A DNA stretch of 64,000 nt, from IMG/VR virus record IMGVR_UViG_3300042880_000331; one strand, 5' to 3'. The notes under the pieces were generated by a model. That model saw only the letters and a list, made by a program, of their open reading frames with translations. It did not search any database and was not told the DNA's origin. Positions 44,023 to 53,887 of the stretch are shown here, in pieces. A program made the translations under genes and the position numbers. Source of the DNA: an uncultured virus (IMG/VR IMGVR_UViG_3300042880_000331) (taxonomy: Duplodnaviria; Heunggongvirae; Uroviricota; Caudoviricetes). The stretch's first letter is position 1. Each line of letters begins with the position of its first letter.

Positions 44023-44342
44023 TACGCACCTCCAACCTTTGCGACCTTGCCTAGGCCCATATCAATGAGAATGTCAAAGCCTACAAACGGGGTCAGCGAG
44101 GTGGACTTTTCCACGACGCCCACGAGCATCGCTTGCCCAGCTGCCAACAGGGGTGTCCGGATAGTGCGCCCGCGGAAAGTGCAGGCGGTAGTCCCAGCGG
44201 CGCAACCGGAAACACTCCTAGCATAAACGGTTGCGTTCGCAGGGAATACAAAGACGCCAACTGCGGGCGTCGTGATCAGCGAAGCGAAAGCCTTTCGGTC
44301 CCGCTTCGCGTTGTTGCTTTTCTTGGTGCCGATTGTTTGCAC
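44022..44342 (-). CDS. Hypothetical virion protein
   Basis: Fills head operon; TAATG overlap. Confidence 0.55.
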   Translation of the reverse strand: MQTIGTKKSNNAKRDRKAFASLITTPAVGVFVFPANATVYARSVSGCAAGTTACTFRGRTIRTPLLAAGQAMLVGVVEKSTSLTPFVGFDILIDMGLGKVAKVGGA

Positions 44343-44343
44343 C

Positions 44344-45054
44344 TCAGATCACCGTCGGTCGTTTCGTCCCGCGACTGGTTCGACGCGCCATTGCAGCGTC
44401 AATCGGGGCGGTCAGCGAACGGGTCAGCTCTTTGATGTCCAGTCCGCCTTCCACAAGAATACGCCGTCGCCCAGCGCGCGCAGCCGCCGCCGCATCGACA
44501 CTTGCGAAGTAGTCCTGGACAGCAAGCGCATTGGAGTTGGCAGGTTGTGCCTCCTCATACTTGAGCCGCACGGCATCAGCGTGAGCAACACGAGCGTTCA
44601 GCTCGTCGGTCACCTTCACCATAATTGCACGGACCTCTTCAACCCGCGCATCTGCCTCTTCCAGCTCCTCGGCCAGCGTTTGGACTTCATTGGCTGGATC
44701 TCCAGCGAGTTCGTCCACCTCGGGCTGTTCGGCGACCTGCGGTGAAAAGGTTGCGCCACTGTTACCCTCACCCTGCCCCGTAGCCTCGGGCGCTGCCGGG
44801 GTGTCAGTTGCGGGGGCGGTTGCACCCACCGGCGCAGCGTTGCTGGCTTGCTGGGCCTGCGCTGCGGGCGGGGTGTAGGTGGCAGCGGTCACACGGGTGA
44901 ACCCGGGCGCAGCAGCATCAACGAGCTCCCTCGTGATCGCGGGGTTGCCCGCCAACATCTTGACCGTGTCGAGGCGAGGTTGGCCGTCAGCGGTCCAATG
45001 GTTGTCGTTTGCGACATCCATCTTCCGCAGGACCTCAAGGATCTTTTCTTCCAT
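44344..45054 (-). CDS. Virion structural/hypothetical protein
   Basis: LD..ND.HWTADG.P motif; GGGAG RBS. Confidence 0.65.
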   Translation of the reverse strand: MEEKILEVLRKMDVANDNHWTADGQPRLDTVKMLAGNPAITRELVDAAAPGFTRVTAATYTPPAAQAQQASNAAPVGATAPATDTPAAPEATGQGEGNSGATFSPQVAEQPEVDELAGDPANEVQTLAEELEEADARVEEVRAIMVKVTDELNARVAHADAVRLKYEEAQPANSNALAVQDYFASVDAAAAARAGRRRILVEGGLDIKELTRSLTAPIDAAMARRTSRGTKRPTVI

Positions 45055-45079
45055 ATTGGACTCCCGTCAGGGTTGAGGG

Positions 45080-45601
45080 TTAGTCGTCCCCGAGGACGAT
45101 GTAGGACAGTTGCACCGTGCCGTTGATGACCATGTCCGCGGTCCCGGAGATCGACGCGTCGTCAATCAGAAGGTTCACGTTCAGGTTCAGCGTGTTGTCG
45201 GTGTTGTCAAAGATGACGCCAGTTGAGGCAGAAGCGGAAACGCCCCGCGTGTTCGGCGACGTCCGGGCGGTGGCAGCAGCGAGGGTCGTCTGTGGGATGA
45301 TGTCCACTTCAGCACCCGCAAGGGTGGAGTCAGCGGTGATCGCAGTGCCTATAGAGAAGGCCCCGGTCCAGGTTGCAATCACATCCGCGTCAGCGGTCGG
45401 GGAGCTGACTTGCAGGTAGGCGACACCGCCCAGGAACAGGACGTTGCCCGGGGGCAGGCCACCGACGATAACACCTGCGAAACCGATACCAGTGGTGCCA
45501 ACCACCGCAATCGGAAGGTTCCGCAGGACATAGGTTTCTTTGACGATCGGGGCCTGGAACTGGTCCCCGCGTCCGATGGATCTTGCAAGACCCTTGGTCA
45601 T
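45080..45601 (-). CDS. Putative head decoration protein
   Basis: MTKGL.RS family; beta-rich; directly after capsid gene. Confidence 0.6.
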   Translation of the reverse strand: MTKGLARSIGRGDQFQAPIVKETYVLRNLPIAVVGTTGIGFAGVIVGGLPPGNVLFLGGVAYLQVSSPTADADVIATWTGAFSIGTAITADSTLAGAEVDIIPQTTLAAATARTSPNTRGVSASASTGVIFDNTDNTLNLNVNLLIDDASISGTADMVINGTVQLSYIVLGDD

Positions 45602-45638
45602 GGCGTTTCTCCTTCAGGAGATTAAATGGGAGGGAAGG

Positions 45639-45660
45639 ACGGGGCGTTTTCACGCCCCGC
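45639..45660 (-). terminator. Hairpin after capsid gene
   Basis: GCGGGGCGT-GAAA-ACGCCCCGT followed by pyrimidine tract. Confidence 0.5.
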
Positions 45661-45665
45661 TATAA

Positions 45666-46703
45666 TCAGAATTCGCGGGTGATGAGACGCGCGATGCGGA
45701 TTTGCTTCCGCTCCGGGTAGACCCGCGACCAGGACGCGGCAGCGGCCAGATTGTTCGCGGTGGCAGCGTTCGACGGACCACCAGCGGCAGCGGTGCCGAT
45801 GTAGGAGCAGCCGACGGGGTGCATTGCCCATTCAACGCGGTTGTAGAGAATGTCCTGACCCGAACCGTTACCGGCCGACGGAGCCCGCCAAACTTCGGTC
45901 GGGGTCTTGGGGGAACCGGCGCCCATGCGAACAGCGCCTGCACCGAACAGCCAGGTGTTGAACACACCGCCGGTCCGCGGAACACCATCGTCAACAATCA
46001 CTTCCCGGCCCAGGAAGGTCGGAATGTTGACCGCCATGCCGTTGGAACTGTCAACAATGAAGTCGATCAGGTTGTTCTTCTGCATCCGAGCATAGACCAG
46101 CGAGTGAACCATGACCATCGTCAGCTCGCCCATCGAGTCACCCATCGTCGCGGTTGCGTCAATGAACGCTTCTGCGCTGAAGTTGGTAACCCCATCCACG
46201 AAGCCTGCGCCGGAAATGTCCCGCGTCATGTCGTTGATGGTGTGGGTGTCCAAACCCGACGGAGCGGCAGCGTTGTCAGCGAACACGCCGTTCAGGGTCG
46301 CAACGAACACGAGCTGCATCCGGCGAACCCAATAATCCGCAACGCGGGTCGAGATCGCTTGCAGCGGGTCAGCCCCAGCCAGGTCGCCGGTCAGGTCCAT
46401 GCTTGACCAGGAGTTGTTCCGCGAAAGGCGGACCTGGATCTCGGTGGACGTACCGATCTTGTTCGGGGTGGAGTTGGCCGCCGGATCATCCGAGCTGATG
46501 TTCTCAGCGTCGTTGTCCAGGTCGCGGAAGGACGGTTCGTTGAACGTCAGACCGCCGCCAGCCAGAGCTGTGGTCAGTGCGCCGTCAACCGTGATCGCGC
46601 CCGAGCGGATCAGGCGGGACTTCTCTTGGGTCAGCTGTTGCGTGTAGCTGGTGAAGATTTGCGGGACAACAATGTCCGAGATACGAGTGACGCCCGATGA
46701 CAT
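45666..46703 (-). CDS. Major capsid protein
   Basis: TRISDIVVPQIF, P.F.DL, MVHS.VY, FLGREVIVDD, HPVG. Confidence 0.9.
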   Translation of the reverse strand: MSSGVTRISDIVVPQIFTSYTQQLTQEKSRLIRSGAITVDGALTTALAGGGLTFNEPSFRDLDNDAENISSDDPAANSTPNKIGTSTEIQVRLSRNNSWSSMDLTGDLAGADPLQAISTRVADYWVRRMQLVFVATLNGVFADNAAAPSGLDTHTINDMTRDISGAGFVDGVTNFSAEAFIDATATMGDSMGELTMVMVHSLVYARMQKNNLIDFIVDSSNGMAVNIPTFLGREVIVDDGVPRTGGVFNTWLFGAGAVRMGAGSPKTPTEVWRAPSAGNGSGQDILYNRVEWAMHPVGCSYIGTAAAGGPSNAATANNLAAAASWSRVYPERKQIRIARLITREF

Positions 46704-46810
46704 GGGTTGTGTCTCCTTTTGAGTTTCAGGGGGATAACAGGCACAAACGCGAACCCATGCTCGCCCTATAGCCCATCAGAGAAAGTTGGCCCATGCCACC
46801 TTGTGGAGCA

Positions 46811-46840
46811 AGAGTAGCATGGACCGCCGTAATCGCGCAA
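46811..46840 (-). promoter_or_regulatory. Capsid promoter
   Basis: TTGCGC-N18-TACTCT with TG extension. Confidence 0.5.
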
Positions 46841-46862
46841 GCCCCCTTTTTAGGGCATTACG

Positions 46863-47675
46863 TTAGGTCTTTTTCGGGGGACGCTGTCCACCCACCGTCG
46901 TCCCAGCAGCCTTGGCCATCTGTTCCGCCTTTGCAGGGCTCTCAGTGTAGATCGCGCCCTGCTTCGTCATGTTCCAGTTTTCGTAGCTGAACGGGTTCTC
47001 GGTGAAAGAGTTTCCGCCACGGTTGCCACCTGCGCCACCGCCGACGTTCGGGCCCCACCAATGCTTCCGCGTCTGTTGGAGATCGGTGAACCATGCAGCG
47101 GGGTCCAGCCCGGGCGTGATCCCGATGTTGTCCTTGGTGACCACACGGCCCGCCTCGTCCAGCTCAAAATGGCGCTCAGCAAGGATCAGCGCATCTTCCA
47201 AAGCCTCGGGAACCACCTTGGCCGTCGTTGCAGCCTTACGAACTGAATCGTGGATGGCGCGGGTCTTGTCCTTGCCTTGGTATTCGCCAATCACCTTGTC
47301 CTTTTCCGCCAGCTGAGTCTTCAACTGGTCCCGCTCACGCTCGATCGGCGCAACCCGGCCTTTCAGGCGGTTCTCGACAAGCGTGTTGATTGCGTTGTCG
47401 TCCAGCTTGCCGCCTGCAGCAGCTTCCAGCTCGGTGATGCGGTCCAGCTGAGTGACGATGTCCTCAACCTTCTTGCCCGCCAGCGGAGCGAACTGTGTTT
47501 TGAAGGCGCTGAAGTCACTCTTTTCTTTGCGAAGAGCTTCTTGTACGCGCGCAACGTCGGCCGTGGTCTTCATGCCCTCCACTTGGAGCTCGAACTTACC
47601 ATCCTTCTCAACGTATTCGCTCTTGAGCGCATCGGGCAGATCATCGATTGCGTCAAGTATTGCTTTCAGTGCCAT
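46863..47675 (-). CDS. Scaffolding protein
   Basis: LK...D..D.LP..LK.EY.EKDGKF.L; coiled coil; GGGAGG..NPF...WN.T.QG. Confidence 0.8.
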   Translation of the reverse strand: MALKAILDAIDDLPDALKSEYVEKDGKFELQVEGMKTTADVARVQEALRKEKSDFSAFKTQFAPLAGKKVEDIVTQLDRITELEAAAGGKLDDNAINTLVENRLKGRVAPIERERDQLKTQLAEKDKVIGEYQGKDKTRAIHDSVRKAATTAKVVPEALEDALILAERHFELDEAGRVVTKDNIGITPGLDPAAWFTDLQQTRKHWWGPNVGGGAGGNRGGNSFTENPFSYENWNMTKQGAIYTESPAKAEQMAKAAGTTVGGQRPPKKT

Positions 47676-47686
47676 TGTTCAATTCC

Positions 47687-49231
47687 TCATTCGGGTTTCG
47701 GCGCATTCCCCGCCGCGGGATCTTTCGGTTCCGGGGTCGTTTGCGACCCAGGCGTTCCGGAAGCTGGTGCAGGAGGGGGCATCTCTGCATCCTCTTTCTT
47801 GATGGTTGCCATCTCGGTCTTGAAGTCCATCCGGGTAAGGCCTTGGTCTGCCATAAGCCCGTGGATGGATTCCTTACTGATCGGTGCGCCCTCTTTGCGA
47901 GCGGTCATCAGCTTGACCAGATTGTCACCTGTCATATCGTAATCTGAGAACTCAAGGTTCGGGTCTACCTTGACTTCGTCGGGGTTAGCCCCTGCCCACT
48001 TCGCAGCTATCTTTAGGATAGCTTCAACTGCCGCTGCACTGGTGAGCGCAATCAGTGTCAGTGTTGCGGTCTGTGCCGCAACCCGCGTCTTGAGCGCGTC
48101 GCCAGATTCAACCCCGTTGGCCTTGGTGTTAATAAGCTGCCCAGCACGGGACGCTGCCCGCTGATGGTCGTCTTGCAAGGTCTGCCGTTGCTCGGAAAGG
48201 CCGTTTGCAGTGACGCCGACGTATTGTGCGGTTCCGCCCTGCTCCATCTCAATCATGCTGCCCGCGCCGGTGCGAAGCGAAGTGTCTCCAATTGCAGCGT
48301 CGGCAGACTTCTTGCGCTCACCCGCCAGAACAAGGGTGTCTTGCCCTTGCATGAACAGGTTTTGCCGAAGGTCAGCTTCCCCATTGTAGATTGCACGGCA
48401 CAACCGCGCCAACCCCATGATCGGAGGTTCATCCGCGTCAGGGGTAATGTCCTTGGAGTTGACAAACACGAAGGGGATCTGGTCCAAGGAAGTTCCCTTC
48501 CACAAAGCCTCTTTCATTTCTGACTGCACATAAGCGGGCGTCCCGTTGCCTTCTTCCGTAAACACCCCAAAGCGATAAACAGGTTCACCGATCGGGTTCC
48601 CTGTTTCGTCCACATTGCGATACAGTTCCAGGACACGGTATTTCGACCACGGAACCCAATCAAAGTTGATGTTCCGCTTGTTCGTGCTTTCGTCCATGAC
48701 CACAAGGGTCAATTTGGCGGGTCCTTCGCCCAGTTCGTCAGCGTCCCAATTGCCCACGGACTCAGCGATGTAAGTTGCAATATAAGGCATAACCGTCGGA
48801 TCGGTTGTTCCTGCGGGGAGGTCAAAGAACAACCCCATCCGCCCGCTGACAAGTTGTTCTTCGTTGATGCGCCGGATAAGCATTTCCAGCGACTCGCCGA
48901 ACAGTGTTGCTTTCTCCCGCAAGGGTTCTAGCACCTTTGGCAAACGAATGGTGGGCGCTTTCTGGTGCAGTAGACCAATGTAGGCTTCCACCGCTTCCTT
49001 GACGTAATCCGGAAACAACGCCCGCGTCAAGTAAGCATTGTAAGCTTCTTGTCCGATGTTCTGCTTACCAGATCCCGTGCGCCCCATCCCATCAATGATC
49101 ATCCCGGACGTTGCGGGCAGGTAAGTTGTCGTCTTGCTCTTAACAACTCGCTCCCCCGCATAGAAATCGCGCATCATTGCCCAATCTTCACGACGGGCAA
49201 TGTATTCCGGATGCTTTGCGTCAAGTCCCAT
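47687..49231 (-). CDS. Portal protein (DUF4055-like)
   Basis: HPEY...W, YLP, Y..YL.RA, IPFVF, ESG.AL; follows terL. Confidence 0.88.
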   Translation of the reverse strand: MGLDAKHPEYIARREDWAMMRDFYAGERVVKSKTTTYLPATSGMIIDGMGRTGSGKQNIGQEAYNAYLTRALFPDYVKEAVEAYIGLLHQKAPTIRLPKVLEPLREKATLFGESLEMLIRRINEEQLVSGRMGLFFDLPAGTTDPTVMPYIATYIAESVGNWDADELGEGPAKLTLVVMDESTNKRNINFDWVPWSKYRVLELYRNVDETGNPIGEPVYRFGVFTEEGNGTPAYVQSEMKEALWKGTSLDQIPFVFVNSKDITPDADEPPIMGLARLCRAIYNGEADLRQNLFMQGQDTLVLAGERKKSADAAIGDTSLRTGAGSMIEMEQGGTAQYVGVTANGLSEQRQTLQDDHQRAASRAGQLINTKANGVESGDALKTRVAAQTATLTLIALTSAAAVEAILKIAAKWAGANPDEVKVDPNLEFSDYDMTGDNLVKLMTARKEGAPISKESIHGLMADQGLTRMDFKTEMATIKKEDAEMPPPAPASGTPGSQTTPEPKDPAAGNAPKPE

Positions 49232-49280
49232 TTTTGGAATCCTTTTACTTTATTTATTATCACAGCGTCCGTTGCTATCC

Positions 49281-50603
49281 CTAGAAGTTTCCAGCCACCT
49301 TGCCATTGCCACCGAGCGAACGTCCTGATGGCCAGTGCCAGTCAATGAAATACCCGATTGCCGTGGTGATATGCTGATACTTGTTCGAATCATCTTCCTG
49401 GAAGGTGGATCCTTCCTTGTGCTGCACTGTTGCCAAACCCTTGTGGCTCCAGGGGGCTTTCTTGGGGTTAACGAACAAACTTACTTCGTCCTTTGCATTG
49501 CAAATCTTAGCCCGGACAGCGTTCTGCCGGTCTTTGATGGATGGGTGCGCTAAACGGACCCGGCGCTCAAACATCCAGCCAGCCAACCGAAGCACTTCTT
49601 CAATCTCGGTGTAATCCGACTTGTGGCCATGCTTCTCACCAGCACGGCCCGCGGGGTCACCGTAGATGTAGACCTTCTTGTTTGCATGATCTTTGAATCG
49701 CTCCACGAACTCAACTGCGGACTGCCTGCTGATGGCGCTTTCCAGAACGATCTCTTCCAGTAAGTGCGGGACGTTGTTCCGAATGACCACAATAGCAGAA
49801 CTCAGCGGTGTGAAGTTCTGGTCGTGCGTCCAGTGAATGATCTCATGATCCATAATGGTGGCAGCGGTATAGTTCCGCACCCCATAGTCTTCGTAGATAC
49901 GCCCACCAGCAGTTTCGAACGTCGCACAGTATTCTTGTTGATACTGTTTCTTTGACATGGTCCGCTTCGCAGCTTCAATAACGTCCGGGGGCAGAATCTC
50001 TTCGGACTTCCAGTGAAACAATCCGTAATCGGAATCGCCGCTAGTCCGCGCATATTCTGCCATATCGTAATAATGGTTTAGGCCGTCCGGAACGCCAATA
50101 AACCAGCACCACGCTCGATAAAACGGTCTGCGCGGGTCAACCGTATTAAGTGCGGGCATGATGTTGGCTTCAAGGGCTTCGGACTTAATGTCCGCAATCT
50201 CGTCAATGACCCCGCCAGTCCAGTTGATACCTTCAATCCGCTGGGGCTGATCCAATCCAATAATGTGGATCTCAGTTCCATTTGGCAGGAACAGTTTCAG
50301 TTCACTTTCGCTAGGCTTGCGCTCATGCACCGAGCTCAAGGTGAGCAGCTTCAAGTCGTCCCACCAAATCTTCTTGGCTTGCGTGTAGGTTGGTGCCGCT
50401 GCGAAGTATTTCTCTTCGGGATACCACATTGCCTGGCGGGACAGAAACCGCTTGGCACGTTCTGTCTTGCCCGAGCGTCGTCCTGCCGGGACAATAGGAA
50501 AACGGATTCCATTCTCCACAGCTTCGACAAGTGCCCTCTGGACGGGATGCTCCTTGAGTGCATACCATCTTGACATCTGGCGCTCAAGGGCAAGGTTTCC
50601 CAT
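49281..50603 (-). CDS. terL: Terminase large subunit
   Basis: AGRRSGKT, VIDE, QEY.ATF, DQN..P, YGDPAG. Confidence 0.92.
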   Translation of the reverse strand: MGNLALERQMSRWYALKEHPVQRALVEAVENGIRFPIVPAGRRSGKTERAKRFLSRQAMWYPEEKYFAAAPTYTQAKKIWWDDLKLLTLSSVHERKPSESELKLFLPNGTEIHIIGLDQPQRIEGINWTGGVIDEIADIKSEALEANIMPALNTVDPRRPFYRAWCWFIGVPDGLNHYYDMAEYARTSGDSDYGLFHWKSEEILPPDVIEAAKRTMSKKQYQQEYCATFETAGGRIYEDYGVRNYTAATIMDHEIIHWTHDQNFTPLSSAIVVIRNNVPHLLEEIVLESAISRQSAVEFVERFKDHANKKVYIYGDPAGRAGEKHGHKSDYTEIEEVLRLAGWMFERRVRLAHPSIKDRQNAVRAKICNAKDEVSLFVNPKKAPWSHKGLATVQHKEGSTFQEDDSNKYQHITTAIGYFIDWHWPSGRSLGGNGKVAGNF

Positions 50604-51022
50604 CAGACAGGAGCCCTCTGTGCAAATTCACGCATCACGTTTGCCAGCTCAGCAGCAGCATCGCCAACAGTGTCTGGCTTCTCAAACCCGCGCATCAGCG
50701 CCAAAGAACGAGCGGCTGCAACCTGTTCAGATTTGCTTCCGGTTGCAATGACGCTACGGTAAGTATTCGCGATCAGTTCTTTATCAGCTTCCGCAGCTTT
50801 CGCAGGATCTTCCGGTGGTCTGCGAGTCAGCTCAAGGACTTTCTTCTGGACATACGCGTCCTCAAGCAAACGCTTGCCCCATTCGACAGAGTGGGCAGCA
50901 ATGAAGCCACAACGGATCGCTGCCAGGAAGGGGTTGAAGTCCTGCATATACTCCCCAATGAAGGAATCGCGGAGTGCGATTTCATCCTGCGTTAGGACTT
51001 GTGCTTCGGCTTTATCCTGCAT
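50603..51022 (-). CDS. terS: Terminase small subunit
   Basis: FIGEYMQDFN...AAIRCGF...LL...YVQ HTH; abuts terL. Confidence 0.75.
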   Translation of the reverse strand: MQDKAEAQVLTQDEIALRDSFIGEYMQDFNPFLAAIRCGFIAAHSVEWGKRLLEDAYVQKKVLELTRRPPEDPAKAAEADKELIANTYRSVIATGSKSEQVAAARSLALMRGFEKPDTVGDAAAELANVMREFAQRAPV

Positions 51023-51145
51023 AGGATTCCCCATAAGTAGTAATAGACCGGAGTTATTGGCCCTGAGTATAGGGCAAGCGGGGCAGTCTTTGCAACGAGG
51101 GATTATACAAATTGCATTAGAAGTTTTCCACAGTTGCTGAATCAC

Positions 51146-51487
51146 CTATGCGGGGGACCTTAGACTGCGGTTAACGACAATTTTGATCTTGGGTTCGGTG
51201 TTAGGATAAGTGGCGCGCTTTCCGTTTGCGAATAAAATGTCAAACTGACCTTCATAGTTTTCAACTGTGTCTGCATCTCCTTGTGCCCAGTCATAGCGTA
51301 CGACACCTGGATTTGCAACCTCCGTGGTTGCAAGTTGATTATCAATCTTTCTTTGTTCCGTGTCTGGCGCGCCTTCCCGCACCATCGTGAACCAAACTGT
51401 CGCCCCGACCAAACTTACAGGCGGATAAAGCGTATAAATCAGCGAGGGTGTTGTATTGCCCTGCCCAATCATGAAAATTTCGGCCAT
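51146..51487 (-). CDS. BppU-like Ig-fold virion protein
   Basis: IGQGNT.P, SLVGATVWF.M, GVVRYDW..GD, TYP. Confidence 0.6.
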   Translation of the reverse strand: MAEIFMIGQGNTTPSLIYTLYPPVSLVGATVWFTMVREGAPDTEQRKIDNQLATTEVANPGVVRYDWAQGDADTVENYEGQFDILFANGKRATYPNTEPKIKIVVNRSLRSPA

Positions 51488-51906
51488 CTTTCAACCTTTC
51501 CTGTGTTTGGTGAAGCCAGACTGATCAAGCCCGCGGCAGGTCCGGGCAAGAACAAGAAGCCCGTGAGCGTAGGTGTGGTCAAGACGCCAGTGAGCGCCGT
51601 CACGGCCAATCTACCCGTCAACAGATCAGCGTTTGTCAAAGCGCCCGTTTGAGGGTCTTGCAGTACAATTGAACCGCACAGCGGTTTAGCGTTAAGCGTC
51701 CCGAAGGTTAGCCCGTCATCCGTCAGCACCCCGCTAAAGAAGCGGACGGCAAGCGTGCCTGCGCGGTTGCCCCGGTCCTGAAGCCTGCCACTGGTGACGC
51801 TTTCGCCCGGCTCCGCGGTTGGCCCGGAAGATTCGGGTTCAAGGCCAAGCCATGACTCTGTCGCCCATGCTCCTTCCGCCCATACACCCAGAGCCCAAGT
51901 TGTCAT
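51469..51906 (-). CDS. Hypothetical protein
   Basis: W-rich N-terminus; ATGA overlap. Confidence 0.5.
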   Translation of the reverse strand: MTTWALGVWAEGAWATESWLGLEPESSGPTAEPGESVTSGRLQDRGNRAGTLAVRFFSGVLTDDGLTFGTLNAKPLCGSIVLQDPQTGALTNADLLTGRLAVTALTGVLTTPTLTGFLFLPGPAAGLISLASPNTGKVERWPKFS

Positions 51907-52430
51907 GGGGCTGGCCTCCAATTGTCACCAGTCACGCCTGAACCCGCAACCTCGACGTCATTGATGCGCCGCACATCAGAGTGAATCGGAGTCGCCTGCG
52001 CTGCCGCCAGCACTGCCGCTGCGTTCTGCGCCGCAGTTGGCACGCTGCCGCCTGCCGTTACCACAGTAGACGCGGCGGACTGGATTAGAAGGGTTTGGAG
52101 ACCGGCAGTATATGCGATTGAATCTCCGCCGGGGCCTCCGATAAGGTTTCCGCCAGCAACACTGGCGATGTAGCCTTCTGGACCTCCCTCCGGAAAACGC
52201 AGTTGCCAAGACCCCAATAGTTCGACGGTGAGACCGACTTGGACTCCTGGCCCGAGGCTGTTAAGTCCTGATCCGCGTGCAATTTGACCATAGATAATCC
52301 CCTCAATGCTGGCCTGTGCGGCTTTTATCGCAGTGTAAAGCGTCGCGCAGTCAACATCGACCACCCCCGAATCCACATCAATGCGGGACACCACAAAATC
52401 AAAGGTGAATGGCGCGGTGTAATAGGCCAT
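51903..52430 (-). CDS. Putative fibre-associated protein
   Basis: Beta-rich; coupled to neighbours. Confidence 0.6.
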   Translation of the reverse strand: MAYYTAPFTFDFVVSRIDVDSGVVDVDCATLYTAIKAAQASIEGIIYGQIARGSGLNSLGPGVQVGLTVELLGSWQLRFPEGGPEGYIASVAGGNLIGGPGGDSIAYTAGLQTLLIQSAASTVVTAGGSVPTAAQNAAAVLAAAQATPIHSDVRRINDVEVAGSGVTGDNWRPAP

Positions 52431-53872
52431 TACACATCACTGTTTCGGCTTGCGTTCACGCTACCGCCCGCGTTGGTGATCGAAAGCGTTGTTGAAAACG
52501 GCACGATAGGCGATCCGCCGCTTCCGTTGCGCACATCGACGCGGGTGTTGAAGTTGGCCGAGTAGATGAAGGTGACGCTTTCGGCTGCACCCGTCGCCTG
52601 CCGGTCAATGAAAGGCACAAACACATCATCCGCCGTGACAATGTTACTCGCCAGTGCCGGGGACAGACCTGAGAAGGTCTTGGTGCCAGCGTTGAAGGAC
52701 GAGTATGTGTACCGCAGCCCCTTGATCCGGATGACACCCGTTGAAGGCGTGTCGGTCTTGATGCTTTCCACAATTTGCAGGGCCGTGGCCCCCGAGGACG
52801 CCGCAACGGGCGTGTATTCGTCTTTCAGCAGCCCGCCTGATCCGTTGTCCCGCGCCACAAGCACCCGGTCGCCGGACACAAGGTTGCCCACGGTGATGCC
52901 CACCACGGTCGGCGGAACCTGCGTTGTGCCATCATGGGCGATAAGCTGGTAGCGTGTTGCCTCCGCCGGAAGAACGCCGGTAATCCACCAGCCTTGCGCA
53001 AGGAAGAATGTACCCCCCGCGAAGGTGCCGAAGGGTGCCGCAGGAATTTCGGTGTAGGCCGCGTTCAGCACCCGGTAGCGCCATCCGGGGACGCTGTTCA
53101 GGGTGGCCGCGCTGTTTTCCCGCGTGAGGTATTGCAGGTATTGGTAGGCTTCTGACAACGTGGCACCGCCAGACAGCGTGATGGTGCCTTTATACAGCTT
53201 GCCGCCGTTGCCATTGCCGAGGTCCTGCGTGGTATCGCCGAAGGTCACAGCGACCTTCGCAGAAAGCGCGGCCGCTTGAATTTCGGTCAACAGGATATTG
53301 CTGTCCAGGGCTGTTGAAAGAGCCGCGTTGCTTTCGCCACCCGCCGCAAGGTTCACGTCAAAGTGCGAATATGCTTGCCCCCATTTCCGGCTGAATGCGG
53401 TGACGTTGCCGCTGTCGATAAGGGAGCCGCCCGTGCGGACCTTGACGAGGATTTGCACGTGACCGTTCGGCCAGAAACTTGTAATCTTGCTGCCGCTTTG
53501 AACAACATAGATCGGACTGCCTGCGACAATGCCGCCGATGGTTTTCAGGCCGGAGTATTGGACCGCCGCCCCGGTTTGCTTGATCGAGCCGAAGTTGACA
53601 AACTGCGCGGCAGTGTCGTCAAGATTGAAGGCAACCGCGCCCTCAGTCAGCAGGTTCAAGCGCGAAGCAACTGCCGCATCGCGCGGGCCGTCCAGCTTCG
53701 ACGGGTTCGGCGCGATAATATCAAGCAGGTCATTGCCCGTTGCCGCCGCATCATCTGCCAAGTCCTGCAACCACTGGTGCAGTTCCAGCACCGAGTAGAC
53801 CGTTGTCCCGGCCCCCGCTTGGCGGCGGATGTCACCCGTTGCGGATATGGTGAAATCGGTTTGTATCAGCAT
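52430..53872 (-). CDS. Putative fibre/virion structural protein
   Basis: Beta-rich; AAAGGA RBS. Confidence 0.65.
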   Translation of the reverse strand: MLIQTDFTISATGDIRRQAGAGTTVYSVLELHQWLQDLADDAAATGNDLLDIIAPNPSKLDGPRDAAVASRLNLLTEGAVAFNLDDTAAQFVNFGSIKQTGAAVQYSGLKTIGGIVAGSPIYVVQSGSKITSFWPNGHVQILVKVRTGGSLIDSGNVTAFSRKWGQAYSHFDVNLAAGGESNAALSTALDSNILLTEIQAAALSAKVAVTFGDTTQDLGNGNGGKLYKGTITLSGGATLSEAYQYLQYLTRENSAATLNSVPGWRYRVLNAAYTEIPAAPFGTFAGGTFFLAQGWWITGVLPAEATRYQLIAHDGTTQVPPTVVGITVGNLVSGDRVLVARDNGSGGLLKDEYTPVAASSGATALQIVESIKTDTPSTGVIRIKGLRYTYSSFNAGTKTFSGLSPALASNIVTADDVFVPFIDRQATGAAESVTFIYSANFNTRVDVRNGSGGSPIVPFSTTLSITNAGGSVNASRNSDV

Positions 53873-53887
53873 TCATCGGTTCCTTTA